Source of the DNA: Bacteroidales bacterium
Lineage (GTDB): Bacteria > Bacteroidota > Bacteroidia > Bacteroidales > FEN-979
Direction of reading: 5' to 3'
Length of the DNA: 64,000 nt
NCBI GenBank assembly: GCA_038212325.1
Contig: JBBQUQ010000003.1
Coordinates: 816-64,815, forward strand
Below, piece by piece: positions 57,819 to 64,000 of the stretch (within the stretch, counting starts at the first letter, position 1; every line of letters begins with the position of its first letter). Both the position numbers and the translations under genes were made by a program. The notes under the pieces were generated by a model. That model did not search any database. It was not told where the DNA came from and saw only the letters and a program-made list of their open reading frames with translations.

Positions 57819-59090
57819 ATGCTCGCCCTGAATTTTATCCGTGAACATGCCCGGGAGGTGATCGATCGCCTCGCCATTAAAAATTTTAACGGCAGCGAGA
57901 TCATCGGCCGCATTGCCGAACTCGACAACCTGCGCCGTGAAACCCAGAAGAAGCTCGACGACATTCAATCGCAAAGCAATTTGCTGGCCAAAGAGATCGG
58001 GGTGCTTTTTCAATCGGGAAAAGCTGCAGAAGCAAACCTATTAAAGGAAAAGACAAGCGAACTGAAAATCCTTTCCAGAGACCTTGACTCGTCGCTCGAA
58101 GCAATAAAAAAGGAGCTTGACGATATCCTGGTGCGCGTGCCAAACCTGCCTCATGCGTCGGTGCCGGCAGGAAAGACCCCCGACGACAACCAGGTGGTGA
58201 TGCAGGAGGGTGAAATCATACCGGCAGCCCCGGATGCCGTTCCTCATTGGGACCTTACCACTAAATATGATATCATTGATTTCATCACCGGGAATAAAAT
58301 TGCCGGTGCCGGGTTCCCGCTATATAAAGGTAAAGGTGCCCGGCTGCAGCGTGCCCTGATCAATTTCTTCCTCGACGAAGCGCTCAAGGCAGGTTACACG
58401 GAGGTTCAGCCCCCTTACATGGTCAATGCTGCATCGGCCTATGCCACCGGGCAACTTCCCGACAAGGATTCGCAGATGTACCATGCCGGGCTGGATGATC
58501 TTTACCTCATTCCCACGGCGGAGGTGCCGGTAACCAATATATACCGCGACACCATCCTTAAAATCCAGGAGTTGCCTGTGAAAAACGTGGCCTATTCGGC
58601 CTGCTTCCGCCGCGAAGCCGGATCCTACGGCAAGGATGTGCGCGGGTTGAACCGCCTGCACCAGTTCGACAAGGTGGAGATCGTACAGATCGCCCATCCT
58701 GATCACTCCTATGAAATTCTGGAGGAGATGCGCGAATATGTGACAGGCCTGCTGCGCAAACTTGAACTTCCGTTCCGCGTGCTGAAGCTCTGCGGCGGCG
58801 ACATGAGCTTTACCTCTGCACTCACCTACGACATGGAGGTATGGTCGTCGGCCCAGGCAAGATGGCTTGAGGTGAGTTCAGTATCGAATTTTGAGACGTT
58901 CCAGTCGAACCGGCTCAAGCTGAGGTTTAAAGATGACACAGGGAAAATGCTGACCGCGCATACCCTCAACGGCAGCGCACTCGCCCTTCCGCGCATCGTG
59001 GCTGCCTTGCTTGAAAACAACCAGACCCCTGACGGGATCAATATTCCCAAAGTACTCGTGCCTTACACAGGATTCGACATCATTGATTAA
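57819..59090 (+). CDS. serS: seryl-tRNA synthetase
   Basis: 423 aa. It has an N-terminal coiled-coil arm and the class II motifs (FRREAGS, LHQFDKVE, GSALALPR). Confidence 0.95.
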   Translation: MLALNFIREHAREVIDRLAIKNFNGSEIIGRIAELDNLRRETQKKLDDIQSQSNLLAKEIGVLFQSGKAAEANLLKEKTSELKILSRDLDSSLEAIKKELDDILVRVPNLPHASVPAGKTPDDNQVVMQEGEIIPAAPDAVPHWDLTTKYDIIDFITGNKIAGAGFPLYKGKGARLQRALINFFLDEALKAGYTEVQPPYMVNAASAYATGQLPDKDSQMYHAGLDDLYLIPTAEVPVTNIYRDTILKIQELPVKNVAYSACFRREAGSYGKDVRGLNRLHQFDKVEIVQIAHPDHSYEILEEMREYVTGLLRKLELPFRVLKLCGGDMSFTSALTYDMEVWSSAQARWLEVSSVSNFETFQSNRLKLRFKDDTGKMLTAHTLNGSALALPRIVAALLENNQTPDGINIPKVLVPYTGFDIID

Positions 59091-59147
59091 TAATTTTATC
59101 TGCCATTTTCTTTATCGAAATTCGTACTATCGTCTGCTTTGTTTTTT

Positions 59148-59241
59148 CTCTGTGGCTCTTTATGCTTCTCTGTGAACCTCTGTGTAACAATATTTTAAAA
59201 GTTACACAAAGGTTCATGGATAGCCACAGAGTTACACAGAG
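59148..59241. repeat. CTCTGTG / CACAGAG repeat cluster forming an imperfect palindrome (possible serS terminator)
   Basis: ctctgtg occurs at 59148, 59168 and 59178. cacagag occurs at 59225 and 59235, with a degenerate cacaaag at 59205. The central arms gaacctctgtgtaac (59174-59188) and gttacacaaaggttc (59201-59215) pair with one mismatch. Confidence 0.6.
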
Positions 59242-59343
59242 TGCTTTGTCACAGCCTTGCAGGGGGGCGGTAGAAGATACAGGTACGATTGCGATTAATC
59301 AGTAATATCTTTTCAAATCAAACTCAGATTAATTAATAATTTT

Positions 59344-59351
59344 TAACTTTG
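59344..59351 (+). promoter_or_regulatory. putative -7 box for the 59379 barrel gene
   Basis: TAACTTTG, 27 nt upstream of ATG 59379. Confidence 0.45.
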
Positions 59352-59378
59352 ACCAGTTAACCAAATCCAAAAAGAGAT

Positions 59379-60014
59379 ATGAAAAAGCTAATAGTTGTCC
59401 TACTAATGTTCATCATCGCATTGTCCGCCTCTGAGCAATCATTTGCCCAGTTCAACCTGGGGGTGAAGGTCGGGTACAACGCCTCGAACCTGAGCAGTAA
59501 CTACGACTCGATCAGCTCGGCCCTCCGCAGCGGGCTCCATATTGGTGCATTTGCCCGTATCGGAAAGCGTGTCCACCTGCAACCGGAAGTCTATTATACC
59601 GTTTCCGGATCATCCTATGAAAACATCGGGGTAAAAACAATCAGCAACTGGAAACAAAAAGTACATGTCGGCACCCTGGATATTCCGTTACTGATCGGGT
59701 TTGATATTGTTAAATCGAAGTTGCTTAAATGGCGGATTGATGCAGGCCCGGCAGTTTCGTTTGTTCTGAATTCCAAAATTGAGAATGTATACGGGCCTGG
59801 CGCCATTACCTCCTCCGACCTCAACAAAGCGAACTGGTACATTCAGGTTGGCACAGGCATCGACGTTTGGTTCCTGACGCTCGATATCCGGTACCAGACG
59901 GGATTGAACTCCCTCATCGGAAATGTCAACTCCCTGAGCTATCCCAGCCAGGTATATGCACTTGATACAAAAGGAAAAGTTTTCCTGGTCAGTTTAGGAT
60001 GGAAAATCTTTTAA
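59379..60014 (+). CDS. small outer-membrane beta-barrel protein (PorT/OMP_b-brl_2-like)
   Basis: 211 aa with a signal peptide ending in FAQ. The strands alternate and the protein ends in a terminal SLGWKIF. Confidence 0.7.
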   Translation: MKKLIVVLLMFIIALSASEQSFAQFNLGVKVGYNASNLSSNYDSISSALRSGLHIGAFARIGKRVHLQPEVYYTVSGSSYENIGVKTISNWKQKVHVGTLDIPLLIGFDIVKSKLLKWRIDAGPAVSFVLNSKIENVYGPGAITSSDLNKANWYIQVGTGIDVWFLTLDIRYQTGLNSLIGNVNSLSYPSQVYALDTKGKVFLVSLGWKIF

Positions 60015-60035
60015 TTTAAAGGCAGGAAGTCCATT

Positions 60036-61079
60036 GTGAAGGTTGACGGGGTCGATTACCGCACGGTATGGATGAAAGGGTCTTCTGTCTTTTTCATTGA
60101 GCAGAACCTGTTGCCATTTCAGTTCAGAATCGAGGAAGCTAAAACTTTTCCAGAGAGTTGCCATGCCATCCGCACGATGATGGTGCGCGGGGCCGGTGCC
60201 ATCGGCGCCATTGCCGGCTTTGCCATGGCCCAGGCTGCATGGGAAGCGCCCGAACAGGGCTATCCGGTATTCCTTGACAAAGCCCGTAAAGAAATTGAAT
60301 CAACACGCCCCACCGCGCGAAACCTGTTTCATGCCGTCGAAAAAGTATATGCGGCGGCCCTCATTTCCCGTTCAGAGGCATTGGCGGTTTCACAGCAGGT
60401 TGCCGACCGGGATGCTAACGATTCACGGAGGATTGGTGAGTTCGGAAGCGCCTTGGTCTGCGACGGGATGAACATTGAAACCCACTGCAACGCTGGCTGG
60501 CTTGCTTTTGTGGATTTTGGCACGGCCTTGTCGCCGGTATACCTGGCCCATCAGCAGGGAAAGAAAATATTTGTCTATGCCGATGAAACCCGCCCCCGGG
60601 GCCAGGGAGCTCGGCTTACCGCCTGGGAACTTCAGCAGGCGGGAATTCACCATGCCATCATTCCCGATAATGCTGGCGCCTGGCTGATGTCGCTTGGAAA
60701 AATAGACATGATGATCGTAGGCGCCGACCGTATTGCTGCGAATGGCGACACGGCCAACAAGATCGGAACCCTCGAAAAAGCCATCGCTGCCAGGGAATAT
60801 GGAATACCTTTTTATGTGGCTGCCCCTACGTCAACATTTGACATGGATTGCCCCGATGGTAAACATATCCCGATCGAAGAACGCAGCGAAGATGAAGTGC
60901 TGTTCCAGGACGGGATCACAGCCGATGGCCGCCACGAGCGGGTGCTTGTGTGCAATCCCGGTTCTTCTGCCATTAATCCGGCTTTCGACGTCACTCCGGC
61001 AAAGCTGATCACCGGGATCATTACGGAGAAGGGCATTGTTAACCCGGGGATTGAAACGATTCGATTACTGAACTTTTAA
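60036..61079 (+). CDS. mtnA: S-methyl-5-thioribose-1-phosphate isomerase (eIF-2B alpha/beta/delta-like family)
   Basis: A GTG start is needed to keep the conserved N-terminal strand (RTVWMKGSSVFFIEQNLLP). Motifs are VRGAGAIG, TARNL, THCNAG, ETRPRGQGARLT, VGADRIAANGDTANKIGT and NPAFDVTP. Confidence 0.8.
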   Translation: MKVDGVDYRTVWMKGSSVFFIEQNLLPFQFRIEEAKTFPESCHAIRTMMVRGAGAIGAIAGFAMAQAAWEAPEQGYPVFLDKARKEIESTRPTARNLFHAVEKVYAAALISRSEALAVSQQVADRDANDSRRIGEFGSALVCDGMNIETHCNAGWLAFVDFGTALSPVYLAHQQGKKIFVYADETRPRGQGARLTAWELQQAGIHHAIIPDNAGAWLMSLGKIDMMIVGADRIAANGDTANKIGTLEKAIAAREYGIPFYVAAPTSTFDMDCPDGKHIPIEERSEDEVLFQDGITADGRHERVLVCNPGSSAINPAFDVTPAKLITGIITEKGIVNPGIETIRLLNF

Positions 61080-61089
61080 ATAAATATTT

Positions 61090-64000
61090 ATGAAACTATC
61101 GCGATTGTCATTATGGCTCCTCACAGGGGCATTCATTCTGAGCCTGGCCATTACGGCATATGCAGAGAATCAAAAGGATAAACCCAAATCCGCAGCGGTA
61201 GTGGCCACAAAAAAGAATAAAGATACCGGGAAGAAAAAAGCCAGGGATAAGGACAAGCCCAAGGATAAAGACAAGTCAAAAGAGAAAGATAAGCCCAAGG
61301 AAGACTCCGTTTACAATTCAGGATTGGTAGGCGGTTTGAAATTCCGCAGCATCGGGCCGGCATTTTGTTCGGGTCGCATTGCCGATTTTGCAGTAAACCC
61401 GAAGAACCACAGCGAATGGTTTGTGGCGGTTGCTTCCGGTCATGTGTGGAAAACGGTCAACAACGGAACCACCTTCGAACCTGTGTTCGACAACAACGGC
61501 GCATACTCCATCGGATGTGTCGTGATCGATCCGAACAACCCCAGCGTGGTGTGGGTCGGCACCGGCGAGAACAACCACCAGCGGTCGCTTGGTTATGGCA
61601 ACGGAGTTTACAAGAGTTCCGACAATGGAAAGAGCTGGAAAAACATGGGATTGAAAGATTCGCGCCAGATAGGCAAAGTGCTCATCGATCCGCGCAATTC
61701 CGATGTCGTGTATGTGGCGGCAGAAGGTTCAGTATGGGGCCCGGGCGGCGAGCGCGGCCTTTACAAAACCACCGATGGCGGGAAAACCTGGAAGAAAGTT
61801 CTCGAGATCAGCGAAAATACCGGGGTCAACAATGTGATCCTTGATCCGCGGAACCCTGATGTGCTCTACGCTTCATCGGAACAGCGCAGGCGCCATGTAT
61901 TCACCAAGATCGGCGGCGGACCGGAAACAGCCATTTACAAGTCGGTCAACGCCGGTGAATCGTGGGACAAACTAAGTTCAGGACTTCCCGGCGCCGAAAT
62001 GGGCGGCATCGGGTTGGCCATATCCCCGGTGAATCCTGATGTGATTTATGCCATCATCGAATCGGCTCCCGATGCAAAAGGGTTCTACCGCAGCATCGAC
62101 CGGGGGGCCTCCTGGCAGAAGATGAGCGACCATTCGGCGCAGGGACAATATTATAACGAAATTTATTGCGACCCCAAAGATGTGGATAAGATCTATTCGG
62201 TAGAAACCGTATCACAGGTTTCGGAAGATGGCGGAAAGACATGGCGGCCGGTTGGCAACAACAAGCGCCACGTCGACGACCATGCCATGTGGATCGACCC
62301 CGACGATACGAAGCATTTCTTCATCGGCAGCGATGGAGGCGCCTATGAAACCTTCGACGGCGGCAAAGAGTTCATTTTCAAGTCGAACCTTCCCGTTGTG
62401 CAGTTTTACCGCGTTCAGGTCGACAATACCACTCCGTTCTATTACGTTTACGGTGGCACCCAGGATAACAACAGCATGGGCGGCCCTTCCCGCACCACGG
62501 CAGGTGCAGGCGTGCTCACCGATGACTGGTTCGTGACCAACGGGGGCGATGGTTTCTGGTCGCAGATCGACCCGGTTGATCCCAACATCGTATATGCCGA
62601 ATCACAATACGGCGGAATGGTGCGTTACGACCGTAAAAGCCAGGAAGCAGCAGACATCAGGCCCGAACCGCGCAAAGGCGAGGACAGCTACAAATGGAAC
62701 TGGAATACACCGCTGCTCATCAGCCCTCATTCGCACACCAGGCTATATACCATGGCCAACAAGGTTTTTCGCAGCGATGACCGGGGTAATTCCTGGCAGG
62801 TGATCAGCGACGACCTTACCGCTCAAATCGACCGCAACAAGTGGCCAGTGATGGGGAAATACTGGCCGTCGGATGCCGTTCAGAAAGATGTTTCGACCTC
62901 ATTATACGGAACGATCATCTCGTTTGATGAGTCACCCCTGAAGGAGAACCTTCTTTTCGCCGGAACCGACGACGGGCTGATCCGAGTATCGGAAGATGCA
63001 AAAACATGGACCAAAATTGACAAATTTCCGGGAGTTCCTGAAAATACCTATGTGAGCGACATCTTTGCCTCCCGGTTTGATGAAAATGTGGTATTTGCCT
63101 CTTTCGACAACATCCTGCGCGATGATTTCAAACCCTATTTGCTGAAGAGCACCGACAAGGGCAAATCCTGGAGCTCCATTGCCGGCAACCTCCCCGAAAA
63201 CGGAACGGTTCACAGCATCATCCAGGATTTCGTCAACCCCGATCTTCTATTCGCGGGGACGGAATTCGGTTGTTACTTCACCAGCGACGGCGGCAAGAAC
63301 TGGATACAGCTGAAAGCAGGGCTCCCGTCAGTTTGCGTCAAAGACATCACCATCCAGAAACGTGAAAATGATCTTGTGCTTGCTACTTTCGGTCGCGGTT
63401 TTTATATTCTTGATGATTACACTCCCCTGAGGAACCTAAAAAAAGAAAATCTCGATCAAAGCGGATACCTGTTCCCGGTGAAGGACGCCCTGATGTACCT
63501 GCCCACCGATACAAAGGGCTCGCAGGGATCGACCGTTTTTGTTGCCAGGAACCCTGATTTCGGAGCAGTTTTCACCTACTATATCAAGGATGTTCCAAAG
63601 ACAAAAAAAGCTCTCCGGAAAGAGAAAGAGGCCGAACTGTTTAAAAAAGGCGAACCCATTCCGCAGCCATCGGAGGCCGACCTGCGCGCTGAAAAGTTTG
63701 AAACTGATCCGTTCCTTACCTTCACGGTCACCGATGCCGGCGGTTCACCTGTTAGGATCATCCGTAAAAGTCCGTCGAAAGGCATCAGCCGCATCAACTG
63801 GGACCTGAGGTACCAGGCAGCAAGGGTTGTTGAAACAGATAAGTACGATCCGCTGGGCGACAATGGTAGCGGCGTGCTGGCCATGCCCGGTAAATACAAG
63901 GTTAGCGTCACCCTCACTGCCAACGGAGCCACCACCCCATTAGCCGGGCCTGTTGAGTTCAACGCGGTATTGCTTAACAATACCTCGTTCCCTGCAACCG
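61090..64000 (+). CDS. VPS10/sortilin-like BNR-repeat protein (partial; continues beyond the right edge)
   Basis: Absent from the ORF track because it is open to the window end. Own translation from ATG 61090: MKLSRLSLWLLTGAFILSLAITAYA, then a K/D-rich spacer. After that come many Asp-box/propeller blades (SSDNGKSW, TTDGGKTW, SVNAGESW, SIDRGASW, SEDGGKTW, SDDRGNSW, STDKGKSW, TSDGGKNW). Confidence 0.75.
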   Translation, partial: MKLSRLSLWLLTGAFILSLAITAYAENQKDKPKSAAVVATKKNKDTGKKKARDKDKPKDKDKSKEKDKPKEDSVYNSGLVGGLKFRSIGPAFCSGRIADFAVNPKNHSEWFVAVASGHVWKTVNNGTTFEPVFDNNGAYSIGCVVIDPNNPSVVWVGTGENNHQRSLGYGNGVYKSSDNGKSWKNMGLKDSRQIGKVLIDPRNSDVVYVAAEGSVWGPGGERGLYKTTDGGKTWKKVLEISENTGVNNVILDPRNPDVLYASSEQRRRHVFTKIGGGPETAIYKSVNAGESWDKLSSGLPGAEMGGIGLAISPVNPDVIYAIIESAPDAKGFYRSIDRGASWQKMSDHSAQGQYYNEIYCDPKDVDKIYSVETVSQVSEDGGKTWRPVGNNKRHVDDHAMWIDPDDTKHFFIGSDGGAYETFDGGKEFIFKSNLPVVQFYRVQVDNTTPFYYVYGGTQDNNSMGGPSRTTAGAGVLTDDWFVTNGGDGFWSQIDPVDPNIVYAESQYGGMVRYDRKSQEAADIRPEPRKGEDSYKWNWNTPLLISPHSHTRLYTMANKVFRSDDRGNSWQVISDDLTAQIDRNKWPVMGKYWPSDAVQKDVSTSLYGTIISFDESPLKENLLFAGTDDGLIRVSEDAKTWTKIDKFPGVPENTYVSDIFASRFDENVVFASFDNILRDDFKPYLLKSTDKGKSWSSIAGNLPENGTVHSIIQDFVNPDLLFAGTEFGCYFTSDGGKNWIQLKAGLPSVCVKDITIQKRENDLVLATFGRGFYILDDYTPLRNLKKENLDQSGYLFPVKDALMYLPTDTKGSQGSTVFVARNPDFGAVFTYYIKDVPKTKKALRKEKEAELFKKGEPIPQPSEADLRAEKFETDPFLTFTVTDAGGSPVRIIRKSPSKGISRINWDLRYQAARVVETDKYDPLGDNGSGVLAMPGKYKVSVTLTANGATTPLAGPVEFNAVLLNNTSFPAT

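Overview
Dense, mostly housekeeping chromosomal window from a Bacteroidota (FCB-group) bacterium. I call about 46 protein genes. I saw no rRNA or tRNA genes, no CRISPR array, and no transposase, integrase, phage or recognisable defence genes. The phylum call rests on three T9SS-type C-terminal sorting domains, a PorV/PorQ-family gene, a CarboxypepD_reg-type TonB-dependent receptor, and 19 correctly oriented TAnnTTTG -7 promoter boxes.

Gene content, left to right:
- A minus-strand operon made only of beta-propeller proteins: three tandem PQQ-like paralogs, a membrane-anchored PQQ-like protein and an NHL-repeat protein.
- An SRPBCC/Aha1 protein and a small secreted Ala/Pro/acidic repeat protein.
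- Dipeptidyl peptidase IV.
- A GGGPS(PcrB)-metF-metH-PPTase gene string, divergent from ahcY.
- A three-gene outer-membrane cluster: a 1238-aa TonB-dependent receptor, a 1439-aa T9SS-tailed protein and a PorV-like barrel.
- greA, a HIT protein and amidophosphoribosyltransferase.
- A selenium module: selU plus a NifS-SelD fusion.
- An M14 peptidase and a BNR T9SS protein.
- A split RND efflux locus flanked by two TetR paralogs.
- An ECF sigma locus (sigma, then a TM plus beta-barrel protein, then a PKD T9SS protein), a 153-bp multi-hairpin element, and a single-chain sigma/anti-sigma-like fusion.
- queD, mntP, a GAF protein and a tryptophanase-family lyase.
- ptb, an amino acid permease and buk.
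- rplU-rpmA, serS, a small beta-barrel protein, mtnA and a partial VPS10/BNR protein.

Nothing here looks like a classical accessory island. The most interesting items are:
- the receptor, giant T9SS cargo and PorV-paralog trio;
- the all-propeller operon;
- the ECF sigma fused to a transmembrane sensor;
- an anti-sigma-like protein that ends in an outer-membrane barrel;
- a family of sense-oriented short tandem repeats (period 7-16 nt, ATGGTGAR / NNNNTGA / CGTTAATT) sitting directly after stop codons.

All functional calls come from reading the translations by eye. No database search was possible.
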